64,000 bases of DNA from a virus, in IMG/VR virus record IMGVR_UViG_3300031758_000004, positions 32,001 to 96,000 of that record; one strand, 5' to 3'. The translations under genes and the position numbers were made by a program. Shown piece by piece: positions 38,343 to 48,170 of this stretch. The number at the start of each line of letters is the position of its first letter. The stretch's first letter is position 1. The notes below the pieces were generated by a model. It made no database searches. It saw only the letters and a program-made list of their open reading frames with translations, and was not told the origin of the DNA.

Positions 38343-41300
38343 ATGGGTAATGAATTCTTTGCTAGAAAAGGTCTAGCGCTTGGTACAGCTTCCGAAACAG
38401 CAACAGATAACCGAATATTAATATATGGTGCTGATGGTGTTCTAAAATATAGAACTGATATATCAGGTACGGGTACATCCGGTACATCCGGTACTCGTGG
38501 TACATCCGGTACATCCGGTATTCAAGGTACATCCGGTACTCGTGGTACATCCGGTACATCCGGTATTCAAGGTACATCCGGTACTCGTGGTACATCCGGT
38601 ACATCCGGATCACAAGGGCCTTCTTCCGGTCTTCTTTATAACTTTATTTCATCTGGTACAATGGCTGATCCAGGTGTTAGTAATTTTAAACTAATAAGAA
38701 CATCATCATTCTCAAATGTTACTAATATTTATATAAATGAGATTGATAATTTATCTGTTATACAAACATCTTATTTATTTGGTATAGGTGTAGGCGATTA
38801 TATAATTATAAGAGGTAATGATAACTCAACAACAAACTTTGGGATATTATATGTAACATCAAAAACTGATGTTGGATCTTATTGGGATTTTGGTGTTAGT
38901 GTTATATCCGGTAATTGGAATTTAAACTCATCATACTTATGTTCTATATCTATACAATTTTCCGGTACATCTGGTAGCCAAGGAACATCCGGAACATCTG
39001 GAGTTAAAGGTACTTCTGGTACTTCAGGAACCTCCTTATTAGTAGCCGGTGTTCAAAATCAAATACAGATTAATAATGGTTTAGGTGGATTGGGTCAATT
39101 TGGATTGATGGATTCGACTAGGGGTTCAATTCTTATAAACAATAGTAGTCCAATAAACACAACCGGATTGGATAATACATTTATAGGACATCAATCTGGT
39201 TGTGGTAACACAACCGGATTTAGTAATATATTCATCGGATCTCTATCTGGTTCTAATAATATAACCGGTTTTGAAAATATATTTATTGGTACTAAGTCAG
39301 GTTGTAGTAATACCTTTGGTGATAATAACTTATTCATTGGTAGTAATTCTGGTTGTAGTAACACAACTGGTAGTTATAACACATTTATAGGTAATTACTC
39401 AGCTAATTGCAACACAGTACAAATAGCTAACACTTATATTGGTGCTTTTACTGGTGCTGAATTACAAGGTCAATTCAATACTTTAGTTGGATATATTTCT
39501 GGTGGAGGTGGGGGGTTAATAAACGCCACTAGTTCTTACAACACATCACTAGGTGCAGCGTCTGGTGGATCTATATCATATGGTATTGGTCAAAATACAT
39601 ATATTGGATCTTTTGCTGGATACTCAGATTCATATGGATTTTCAAGTGTCATGATTGGATTTTGTTCAGGTGCTTGTACTGGTGTATCATCAACAAATTT
39701 ATTTATAGGTGCTTATAGTGGGGGTGGTAATAAGTATTCATGTCTAAATACATTTGTAGGATATCAAACCGGTGGATCTTTTAACCCAAATCCTAATTCA
39801 CAGAATGCAACAAATTCACAAAAATGCAACGTGATATTTGGTCATCAATCTGGTTTTTTAAGTTTTTATTCCTGTGATAATACATATTTGGGATTTAGAT
39901 CTGGTTATTCGGGAACACAATCATCATTTAATACATTTATAGGTTTTTGTTCAGGATATTCCAATATTATAAACAGTAATACATTTATTGGATATCTATC
40001 GGGTAATAAAAATACAATTGGATCTTCTAATTCATTTATCGGTTATAAATCTGGGAGTGAAAACACAACAGGATCTTTCAACACTTTCATTGGATATCAA
40101 TCAGGTATGTGTAATTTAACCGGGATTGCTAATGTATTTATAGGACACTGTACTGGTGGTAGTAACACAGCAGGTGAAAGAAATACATTTATTGGCGTTA
40201 ACGCTGGAGTTTCTAATACGGTCGGAATTTGTAATACTTATATTGGTCAAGGTGCTGGTTATAGTAATACAACAACTAGCGAAAATATCTATATTGGTAC
40301 ATTATCCGGTTTTTCTAGTAATGGTGCGTCAAATACGATATCAATGGGTGTTAGAGCTGGGTATTTTACATCTGGTTCTGATAATATATTTATAGGTAAT
40401 TGCTCTGGTTATGATAATAATATTGGTTTTAGTAATGTATATATTGGAAAATTATCCGGTTTCAGTGGAACCCAATCGTCTCAAAATACATTTATTGGTG
40501 TTTGCTCTGGTTATAATAACAAAACTAGTACCAATACATTCGTTGGATTTTGCTCCGGATCTTCCAACACATCAGGTTCAAATAATACATTCATTGGTAA
40601 TCTTAGTGGTTCTACTAACGTAACTGGTTCAAATAATACATTTGTTGGTAATCAAGCGGGTTTCAGTAATACAACTGGACATGAAAATACATTTGTTGGT
40701 AAATCGAGTGGTTACTATAATGTTTCTGGTGAATGTAATACTTTTATTGGAGCAGATGCTGGTTATTGTAATACTACTGGTCGAAGAAATACATTTATAG
40801 GTACTTGTGCAGGATGTTGTGCTAATGGACTTGATAATACGTTTATTGGATATCATTCTGGTAAGTCAGCGATAAATAATGGTGGTTGTGGTACTGATAA
40901 CACATTTGTAGGATCTTGTACAGGTCCAGTTAATACAACTGGTGAATTAAATACATTCATTGGTTCTGGTACTGGTTATTCAAATACATCAGGTAGATTA
41001 AATACATTCTTAGGTACTAATGCTGGTTTTGAAAATACCACTGGTTTTGAAAATACTATTGTTGGTGTACAAGCAGGACAGTATAACACAATTGGAAATT
41101 ATAACTCATTCTTTGGTGTTTATGCTGGATGGCAAAATACAACTGGTATATCAAACACATATATAGGTTGGGCATCGGGTGCATCAAATGTTTCGGGTCA
41201 AGGTAATACATTTATTGGTGAATCATCTGGTTATGGTAATACAAGTGGTATTTATAATACATTTATCGGATATTGCTCTGGTTTTGTTAGTGAAACTGGT

Positions 41301-41978
41301 GATTATAATACATTTGTAGGTGTTAATACTGGTTGTGTTAATACAGACGGATGTAATAATACATTTGTAGGATATGCTGCTGGTAGAGCAAATACAACAA
41401 CCGGTAACACATTTGTTGGTGCTTTTTCTGGTTTATCCAACACAACTGGTGTAGGTAATACATTTATTGGTAATAGTTCTGGTTATAATAATACAAGTGG
41501 TCGTGGAAACGTATTTATTGGAAACAATGCCGGATATTGTAATTGTAATGATGCTAATTTTAATACATTTGTTGGTGGTGAAGCTGGTAAAAATAATTTA
41601 TTCTCTTGTGCTCACACATTTGTTGGATATGCAGCTGGTTATTGTAATACAACTGGAGCAAACAACACATTCTTGGGTAGAGCGGCTGGTTACTATAATA
41701 CAACCGGTGGTAACAACATATTTATTGGTGAATGTACTGGTCTAAATCAAACAACGGGTAGGTTTAATACATTTATTGGTACGTGTGCTGGTATCAGTGG
41801 TAATTACTCATGTGCTATTGCAATTGGTATGAGAGCTCAACCAAGTGTAGATGGTCAATTAGCTTTAGGTTCATCACTTTATCCATTAGCCACAGCTGTT
41901 TCGGCTGGTGCGATTGCTGGTTACATATGTACAAATATAAATGGTACTAACTATAAGATACCTTATTATGCAGTTTAA
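38343..41978 (+). CDS. Tail fibre-like protein: GTS collagen-like tracts plus long Cys-rich NTFIG repeat beta-helix
   Basis: 1211 aa, starts MGNEFFARKGL. About 50 repeats of consensus NTF(I/V)GxxSGxxNTTGxx. Confidence 0.75.
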   Translation: MGNEFFARKGLALGTASETATDNRILIYGADGVLKYRTDISGTGTSGTSGTRGTSGTSGIQGTSGTRGTSGTSGIQGTSGTRGTSGTSGSQGPSSGLLYNFISSGTMADPGVSNFKLIRTSSFSNVTNIYINEIDNLSVIQTSYLFGIGVGDYIIIRGNDNSTTNFGILYVTSKTDVGSYWDFGVSVISGNWNLNSSYLCSISIQFSGTSGSQGTSGTSGVKGTSGTSGTSLLVAGVQNQIQINNGLGGLGQFGLMDSTRGSILINNSSPINTTGLDNTFIGHQSGCGNTTGFSNIFIGSLSGSNNITGFENIFIGTKSGCSNTFGDNNLFIGSNSGCSNTTGSYNTFIGNYSANCNTVQIANTYIGAFTGAELQGQFNTLVGYISGGGGGLINATSSYNTSLGAASGGSISYGIGQNTYIGSFAGYSDSYGFSSVMIGFCSGACTGVSSTNLFIGAYSGGGNKYSCLNTFVGYQTGGSFNPNPNSQNATNSQKCNVIFGHQSGFLSFYSCDNTYLGFRSGYSGTQSSFNTFIGFCSGYSNIINSNTFIGYLSGNKNTIGSSNSFIGYKSGSENTTGSFNTFIGYQSGMCNLTGIANVFIGHCTGGSNTAGERNTFIGVNAGVSNTVGICNTYIGQGAGYSNTTTSENIYIGTLSGFSSNGASNTISMGVRAGYFTSGSDNIFIGNCSGYDNNIGFSNVYIGKLSGFSGTQSSQNTFIGVCSGYNNKTSTNTFVGFCSGSSNTSGSNNTFIGNLSGSTNVTGSNNTFVGNQAGFSNTTGHENTFVGKSSGYYNVSGECNTFIGADAGYCNTTGRRNTFIGTCAGCCANGLDNTFIGYHSGKSAINNGGCGTDNTFVGSCTGPVNTTGELNTFIGSGTGYSNTSGRLNTFLGTNAGFENTTGFENTIVGVQAGQYNTIGNYNSFFGVYAGWQNTTGISNTYIGWASGASNVSGQGNTFIGESSGYGNTSGIYNTFIGYCSGFVSETGDYNTFVGVNTGCVNTDGCNNTFVGYAAGRANTTTGNTFVGAFSGLSNTTGVGNTFIGNSSGYNNTSGRGNVFIGNNAGYCNCNDANFNTFVGGEAGKNNLFSCAHTFVGYAAGYCNTTGANNTFLGRAAGYYNTTGGNNIFIGECTGLNQTTGRFNTFIGTCAGISGNYSCAIAIGMRAQPSVDGQLALGSSLYPLATAVSAGAIAGYICTNINGTNYKIPYYAV
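38481..38608 (+). repeat. Perfect 45-bp tandem repeat, 2.8 copies (GTSGTRGTSGTSGIQ)
   Basis: Unit GGTACATCCGGTACTCGTGGTACATCCGGTACATCCGGTATTCAA starts at 38481, 38526 and (partial) 38571. Confidence 0.95.
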
Positions 41979-42004
41979 TAAATAAAAAAAAATAAAAATA
42001 AATT

Positions 42005-42256
42005 ATGTCAATTATTAATGTACAAAACAAAGAAGTAGTAACTACTCAAACAATTTCACAAGTTGAAATTTTAGAAGGAAATATTCAATTAGGTCAATCA
42101 GTTAGATTTCCTGTTAAATTATTGGATGCGAGTTCAAAATTAATTAGTATTGAGTTTGTTGAAGTTTCTGGTGATGATTACGCATCTTGGGGAACTGATG
42201 ATACTTATATCAATAACTTAGTTTTAACTACTTTGGGATTAACAGCTTCAGTTTAA
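42005..42256 (+). CDS. Small hypothetical protein adjacent to fibre genes
   Basis: 83 aa, ends DDYASWGTDDTYINNLVLTTLGL. Confidence 0.6.
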   Translation: MSIINVQNKEVVTTQTISQVEILEGNIQLGQSVRFPVKLLDASSKLISIEFVEVSGDDYASWGTDDTYINNLVLTTLGLTASV

Positions 42257-42289
42257 TAAACATTTTAAACTACTCAACATATAAGTAAT

Positions 42290-43819
42290 ATGTTTGAGAA
42301 ACCATTAGGTGGTACAGAATTGATGTATAATGAGTTGATATCAAGAGTACCCAAAGAATTATTAGATAAAATAAGCATATTTAATTATGTTCCAAATGCT
42401 GATCCCAGTAAACATATGGTTTACTGGAATCAGCTTTCTTATGACCAAGAAGCTGTTCAATTTCTTCAACATGAACAAAATATTAATTTAATTAATAATT
42501 TTATTTTTGTGAGTAATTGGCAAGCAGAACAATTTAGAAAAATTTTCAAAGTTCCTGGTCAAAAAACTCATGTCTTAAAAAATGCACACTTAGGTGTTTT
42601 TCCAAAAAAAATAACAAAAAAAGAAAAATTAAAAATTTGTTATACATCAACACCTTGGAGAGGATTAGATGTTTTGCTTTTAGCGTGGGAGATCTTAAAT
42701 CCACAAGATTGTGAATTACACGTTTTTTCTTCTTGTAAAATTTATGGTACTGATTTTTCTAAAAATGATAATCAGTATGAATTTCTTTATGATTGGTGTA
42801 AAAGATTGCCAAATGTAGTTTATAGAGGGTCTATACCGAATGATGAATTAAGAAAAGAATTACCGGAATTTGACATTCTAGCTTATCCGTCAACATTTGA
42901 AGAAACTTCTTGTGTTGCTGTTATTGAAGCTTTAGCAACTGGTTTAAGAGTTGTTACATCATCAATTGGTGCTCTTCCAGAAACTTGTGAAGGTTGGGCT
43001 AGAATGTACTCTTATATTGAAGATAGAGAACAACACGGTCAATTTTTTGCTAAAGTTTTAGCAGAAGAGATTGAAAAAATGAAATCTGGTGATTTAGTAG
43101 AACACCTAAAAACTCAACAAGAAGTTTATTCTAAAAACTGGAGTTGGGAAACAAGAATTAAAGATTGGAATAACTTTTTCAAATCAATTGGTTGGAAAGA
43201 ACAAAATGATAATTCACTGAAACAAATTTCTAATTATTTTACACCACAATCTATACTTGATATTGGTGCTAACGTTGGGCAATTTTATTTAAATTGTAAA
43301 AGTATTTATCCTGAAGCTAAATATCATTTAGTAGAAGGTAATCCAATGTGTGAAAGTAAAATAAAAGAGTTTGGTGAAGATTATTCAATTGTACTTTTAA
43401 GTGATGATGTTAAAGAAGTTGACTTTTGGATGAGAACTGATGATCCATACGCAACTGGTAATTCAATCTATAAAGAAAATACTCAGTATTATAATAATTC
43501 TTTATCAGTTAAAAAACAAACAAAAACATTGGACTCATTATTTGAAAATAAATCATTTGATTTAATTAAAATTGATACACAAGGTTCTGAATTAGATATT
43601 TTAAAAGGTGGTAAAGATTTGGTTAATTTAGCTAAGGGAATCATTATGGAAGTTTCATATTCTCAATATAATGATGGTTCTCCATTGTCAGAAGAAGTTA
43701 TCGAATACATGAATAATATAGGATTTACTAAAGTTTCTATTATTGAATCTATAAATCATCCAGAAACAGGAGCTCATATACAAGATAATGTTCTTTTCAT
43801 AAAAAATAATTTGTTATAA
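42290..43819 (+). CDS. GT-B (GT4-like) glycosyltransferase fused to FkbM methyltransferase
   Basis: PLGGTEL, YTSTPWRGLDVLL, AYPSTFEETSCVAVIEALATG, then ILDIGANVGQF and IKIDTQGSELDIL. Confidence 0.85.
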   Translation: MFEKPLGGTELMYNELISRVPKELLDKISIFNYVPNADPSKHMVYWNQLSYDQEAVQFLQHEQNINLINNFIFVSNWQAEQFRKIFKVPGQKTHVLKNAHLGVFPKKITKKEKLKICYTSTPWRGLDVLLLAWEILNPQDCELHVFSSCKIYGTDFSKNDNQYEFLYDWCKRLPNVVYRGSIPNDELRKELPEFDILAYPSTFEETSCVAVIEALATGLRVVTSSIGALPETCEGWARMYSYIEDREQHGQFFAKVLAEEIEKMKSGDLVEHLKTQQEVYSKNWSWETRIKDWNNFFKSIGWKEQNDNSLKQISNYFTPQSILDIGANVGQFYLNCKSIYPEAKYHLVEGNPMCESKIKEFGEDYSIVLLSDDVKEVDFWMRTDDPYATGNSIYKENTQYYNNSLSVKKQTKTLDSLFENKSFDLIKIDTQGSELDILKGGKDLVNLAKGIIMEVSYSQYNDGSPLSEEVIEYMNNIGFTKVSIIESINHPETGAHIQDNVLFIKNNLL

Positions 43820-44736
43820 TGGATAAATACGTTGTACTTCATATTGAAGGTGGTATTGGAAAAAATGTAATTGCTACAGCTGTTATTAGAGCAATTCAAA
43901 AAAAGTATAAAAATAGAAAGATAATCGTTTTAACTGCTTATCCAGATATTTTTGAATTAAACCCAAGAGTTCATAGAGCATATCAATTTGGTCAAACTCA
44001 ATATTTTTACCAAGAGTATATTGAAAATAAAGACACTATTGTTATGTCACATGATCCTTATAGAGAAAGTGATTATATTTACCGAAAAAAACATCTTTCT
44101 CAAATCTGGTGTGATATGTATGGTATTGAATGGGATGGAGAACAACCAGAACTTTACTTTACACAATTAGAAGCTGAGTTTGTTCAAACACTTATCAATA
44201 AAGATAAACCAATATTCTTAATCAATGCTTTTGGTGGAGCTGTTAATCAACAACATAAGTACTCTTGGGCGAGAGATATTCCACCAGTTTTAGCACAAGA
44301 TATTGTTGATGAGGCATCTAAATATTATAGAGTTATTCAAGTAAGAAGAGAAGATCAAATTGCTCTTAAAAATTGTGAATATTTATCATTAAGTATTAGA
44401 CAATTAGCTTTAGCACTTCTTCAATCTGATAAGAGATTATTAATTGATTCTTATTTACAACATGCGGCAGCTTCTTTAAATCTACCATCTGTTGTACTTT
44501 GGAGTTGTAATTCACCAAAAGTATTTGGGTATAAAATACACACAAATATCTCTTCTAAATTTCAAGCTGCTAGTTTAAAAAATTCTTTATATGAAGCTTA
44601 TGATATATCAGGTGATCCTATTCAATTAGCTACACCACCTGGTGTGATGTTTGATAAACAACAAATATTAAAAGCACTTAACTTTGACACTACACTATTA
44701 GAAGTTGAACATAAAAAAGAATTAGAAAACGTATGA
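43819..44736 (+). CDS. GT9/heptosyltransferase-like glycosyltransferase
   Basis: IEGGIGKNVIATAVIRAI and IDSYLQHAAASLNLPSVVLW, a GT9-like pattern. Confidence 0.7.
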   Translation: MDKYVVLHIEGGIGKNVIATAVIRAIQKKYKNRKIIVLTAYPDIFELNPRVHRAYQFGQTQYFYQEYIENKDTIVMSHDPYRESDYIYRKKHLSQIWCDMYGIEWDGEQPELYFTQLEAEFVQTLINKDKPIFLINAFGGAVNQQHKYSWARDIPPVLAQDIVDEASKYYRVIQVRREDQIALKNCEYLSLSIRQLALALLQSDKRLLIDSYLQHAAASLNLPSVVLWSCNSPKVFGYKIHTNISSKFQAASLKNSLYEAYDISGDPIQLATPPGVMFDKQQILKALNFDTTLLEVEHKKELENV

Positions 44737-45479
44737 AAAAAGAAGTAATATTAATAGCCTTATTAACATTTAGAGATTCGGTTAATGTTAGTTTCTTATG
44801 GTGGTTAGATAACATAAGAAAGTTAAATAATGATCCAAACCATCCAAGAACATATGAAGTTATGTATGTCCCTGGTTTAAGACCAGTTGCTTACGCTAGA
44901 AACGTGGCAATTACAAACTTCTTAAATAATAAGACTGCTGATAAATTGTGGTTTATTGATGATGATTTAGTACCAACCGAAACAGCTCTAAATATTTTTA
45001 ATTCAGATGCTGATATTGTTTCAGGACTTTACTATCTTCTTTTAATGGAAGGCTCAAGACCTACACTTAGTTCAGCCATTTATCAAAAAGATGGTGATGA
45101 AAATAACCCAAAAGGATTTCAAGCAATTAATCCAAAAAACTATAAAGGCCAAAGTCAAATTATTCCAATTGATGCGGCTGGTACTGGTTCACTACTAATT
45201 AGTAGAAAAGTTGCTGAAGATCAAAGAATGATGTTGAGTAAGAAGTATGTTTCAGCTGATGGTAAACCAACCGAATTGGGTGATGATGAGGCACTTCCAA
45301 TTTTTAGAACTCTTTCTAAAGCAAATGGTTCAGAAGAAAGATCAGAAGATATTGATTTTGTTTGGAGAGCTAAAGAATTAGGTTATAAAGTAGAAGCTGT
45401 ATTAGATGCGAGATTTCTACATAAAAAAGAAATGTTAGTTGACTGGTCAGTATGGCAAGTTAACGGTGAAATTAGTTAA
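44733..45479 (+). CDS. GT-A (GT2-like) glycosyltransferase
   Basis: VAYARNVAI, LWFIDDD (DxD), DAAGTGSLLISRKV, SEDIDFVWRA. Confidence 0.8.
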   Translation: MKKEVILIALLTFRDSVNVSFLWWLDNIRKLNNDPNHPRTYEVMYVPGLRPVAYARNVAITNFLNNKTADKLWFIDDDLVPTETALNIFNSDADIVSGLYYLLLMEGSRPTLSSAIYQKDGDENNPKGFQAINPKNYKGQSQIIPIDAAGTGSLLISRKVAEDQRMMLSKKYVSADGKPTELGDDEALPIFRTLSKANGSEERSEDIDFVWRAKELGYKVEAVLDARFLHKKEMLVDWSVWQVNGEIS

Positions 45480-45480
45480 T

Positions 45481-45753
45481 ATGGAAAAAAGTAAAGGTGG
45501 TATTGGTGTAACGTCAATTTTATTTTTAATATTCTTAACTTTGAAATTGACTAATAATATTGATTGGTCTTGGTGGTGGGTTACTTCACCAATTTGGATA
45601 CCAGTTTGTATTGTACTTATTGTATTTTTATTTGCTTTTCTTTTCTTTTTTGGATGGGCAGTTATACTTCTTTCAAGAGGAGTTGATGCTGATACAATCA
45701 GAGAAAAGTTTAAAAATATAGCAGATATTAAAAACGAAAAACCTCAACAATAG
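45481..45753 (+). CDS. Small membrane protein (WSWWWV family)
   Basis: ILFLIFLTLKLTNNIDWSWWWVTSPIWIP with two TM helices. Probable ATG start at 45481. Confidence 0.75.
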   Translation: MEKSKGGIGVTSILFLIFLTLKLTNNIDWSWWWVTSPIWIPVCIVLIVFLFAFLFFFGWAVILLSRGVDADTIREKFKNIADIKNEKPQQ

Positions 45754-45766
45754 TTGAGGTTTTTTT
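45737..45766. terminator. Bidirectional intrinsic terminator
   Basis: AAAAACCTCAAC-AATA-GTTGAGGTTTTT between convergent genes. Confidence 0.85.
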
Positions 45767-45767
45767 A

Positions 45768-46166
45768 TTAGATAACTTCTTTAATTACTTCACTGACAAG
45801 TTTTCTATCTACTGGTAGAGTAGAGAACTCTTTCATAATTTGTCCGATATTAGTGATACCCGCTAATTTCAACTCAGTTACCTTAGCAACAATATCTTCT
45901 TTAGATAACTGTTTTGGTAAATAAGCTTCGATAATAGCTAATTCCATTTTAGCAATTTCACCACCTTTTTCGATAGTTTCTTTTAGTGATTTAACTGTTT
46001 TGTTAAGAATTTTTGTCACTTCTTCATCAGATAAAGAATCGACACCGGTATTCTTTTCAAGAGTTTGAATTTCACCTTTGATTACAGAAAGTAAGTTTTT
46101 TGATACTACGTCTTTTGCTTTAAACGCAGTCATGTAATCAGTACTGATTTTTTGTTTTAGTGTCAT
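45768..46166 (-). CDS. yqeY: GatB/YqeY-domain protein
   Basis: LKQKISTDYMTAFKAKD, LSDEEVTKIL, ELAIIEAYLPKQLS, NIGQIMK. Confidence 0.85.
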   Translation of the reverse strand: MTLKQKISTDYMTAFKAKDVVSKNLLSVIKGEIQTLEKNTGVDSLSDEEVTKILNKTVKSLKETIEKGGEIAKMELAIIEAYLPKQLSKEDIVAKVTELKLAGITNIGQIMKEFSTLPVDRKLVSEVIKEVI

Positions 46167-46208
46167 AATACTTATTTTTTAATTTAGACAAAATTAAGGA
46201 TAAAAAAT

Positions 46209-46236
46209 AAAACCACCAATTTTTTGGTGGTTTTTT
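46209..46236. terminator. Terminator-like hairpin
   Basis: AAAACCACCAA-TTT-TTGGTGGTTTT. Confidence 0.6.
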
Positions 46237-46397
46237 ATCATTTATTATATAATAAATAGTCTTTGTTATCATATATATTATCTCAAGGTAGAATTTGAAT
46301 TTCACTAACTTTATTAAAGACTAAAATTTATTTATTAGCTACTTACTACAATAAAAATTATATAAAAAATGAGAGTATAAGTTTAATATATACTTTT

Positions 46398-48170
46398 ATG
46401 AAATACCTTAAATATAGACAAAGTTTTTTAAATGAGAAATTTGAATCTCAATTTTTAACAAAGACAACTGGGTGGTTATCTAAAATGAAATTAAATAGCA
46501 AACCTTTTATTGAAGATTTAAAGAAAATATGTGAAAATAATTCAATTCCTTTAAGTTCTATAACTGATAACTTTTTTGATGTTAATATATTAGCCAATAA
46601 AGCTATTAAGATGAGAGCACCAGAAGATTCGGTTAATCATACTTGGGCTATTAAATTTTGGTTTTCCGCAACTGATGGTTATAAAGGATTTAGTGTTACT
46701 CCGAATAGAAGTGGAGAAAGAGTTAAAAGTAAAAGTGAGAGTAGAAAATTTGAACCATTTGAACCAGAAGAAATTTCTCTATTAAAGGAGAAAGCGGTTG
46801 ACTCCGCTTCCCAGTTAATAGGTGTCGATTTAACAAAAGGAGAATTAAGTATAGTTGATAATGATTATGTTAAAAATCTACATTTAAAAACAGGTGATAT
46901 TATAGCCTTTTATAGTTGTAGTGGTGATATAAATTATAGTAGAGACTATTCTTATCACTTAAATTGGGCTAAAATTTTCTCATCTCATGATGAATATGGT
47001 CGTTTTAGATCATATGTTGCTTATGGTAAAAATCTTAGTGGTGGATCTGCTGATTATTATTATGATGAAAACGGTGTAGAATATGCTAGTGTAATTGATC
47101 ATTTATATAGTAATGTAAGTGATAGAGAACGTAATTATATAGGATCTTGGATTTTATCTGAGAGTGGTGTTGGTTTACAAAGTGATAATTACAAAGTACA
47201 TCTTTATAAACATACAAGTGAAGATTTACATGTTGTTGGTGATTCTCCCAAAAAAGCTGAGAATGAAGATCCTAATACTTGGAACTTGAGTGTTCGTAAA
47301 GATATTAATAGTCTTAGAACTTTTGAAATACAAAAGTATGATAGAAGTGATGAAAAAAACAAATCTATTTATAAAGAAGATTTAGAAGATTCAGATTTTG
47401 CTATAATATTTTACATAGATGAGTTTCTCCCACAGATGGAAGGAGACTTAACAAGTATTAGAAAAGAAAGAATTGAGAGTAAATCCGGAGCTACTGCTTT
47501 AATGAGTAATGAAGAAATTAAAAAGATTAATGTTGATAAAAGACTTGATTATTTAGTTGACAAAATGAAAATAGATCAAAATCTTAAAATCGATGAAATG
47601 TCTAATCTAAAATCAATCTTGTTGAAAATATTGAAAGATGATTATGTTATTATTACACTATTTAGAGGTTTTAATGCGAGTATTATAAGTGGATTTTATT
47701 ACTTTTTTGATGGTCTTGAAAGTATTGAAAAACTGCAAAATGAAGAACAACTGAAAAATTATGTTGAGAGTTCACTTCAATCAATTAAAGAACAATATAG
47801 AAAATTATTAGAGGATTATCAATCAACCACTCCTAAGTTTAAGAATTCATATGAGTTAATAATGAAATCTGATAACGAAAAGTTAAAAGAAGTATTTGAA
47901 AATATATTGAGAATTGGTAAAAAATTTACAACTAAAATTAGATCCAGAGAAATAGTAAATCTTTATGATATTTCAATTATTATTAGTAATCTTCAAAATA
48001 TTCACAATATACATGATACTAATAGATTATCATACAGAACCATAAGAATTATGGAGGAATTTAGATACAGCGATGAAGTTGAGAATATGATGCGTAATTT
48101 TGATGATGATGATTATAATAAATCAATGAAAGGTATTAAATTCATGGAAAGAATGATTGATCTTATATAG
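46398..48170 (+). CDS. Hypothetical protein with capsid-targeting-like N-terminus
   Basis: 590 aa, starts MKYLKYRQSFLNEKFES. TTAATATATA at 46383-46392. Confidence 0.6.
   Translation: MKYLKYRQSFLNEKFESQFLTKTTGWLSKMKLNSKPFIEDLKKICENNSIPLSSITDNFFDVNILANKAIKMRAPEDSVNHTWAIKFWFSATDGYKGFSVTPNRSGERVKSKSESRKFEPFEPEEISLLKEKAVDSASQLIGVDLTKGELSIVDNDYVKNLHLKTGDIIAFYSCSGDINYSRDYSYHLNWAKIFSSHDEYGRFRSYVAYGKNLSGGSADYYYDENGVEYASVIDHLYSNVSDRERNYIGSWILSESGVGLQSDNYKVHLYKHTSEDLHVVGDSPKKAENEDPNTWNLSVRKDINSLRTFEIQKYDRSDEKNKSIYKEDLEDSDFAIIFYIDEFLPQMEGDLTSIRKERIESKSGATALMSNEEIKKINVDKRLDYLVDKMKIDQNLKIDEMSNLKSILLKILKDDYVIITLFRGFNASIISGFYYFFDGLESIEKLQNEEQLKNYVESSLQSIKEQYRKLLEDYQSTTPKFKNSYELIMKSDNEKLKEVFENILRIGKKFTTKIRSREIVNLYDISIIISNLQNIHNIHDTNRLSYRTIRIMEEFRYSDEVENMMRNFDDDDYNKSMKGIKFMERMIDLI

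Noticed and set aside
37608-38608. CRISPR array
   Set aside because: The repeats are head-to-tail without unique spacers and are in-frame coding.
35311-41745. Numerous short antisense or alternate-frame ORFs in the track (also 2587-2796, 5212-5397, 7540-7749, 8117-8551, 57737-58315, 58670-59026, 63593-63865)
   Set aside because: They are shadows of long genes or of codon repeats, with no motifs or start context.
46236-46380. Possible small RNA or ORF between the terminator-like hairpin and ORF 46398
   Set aside because: Extremely AT-rich, with no convincing ORF or stable structure.
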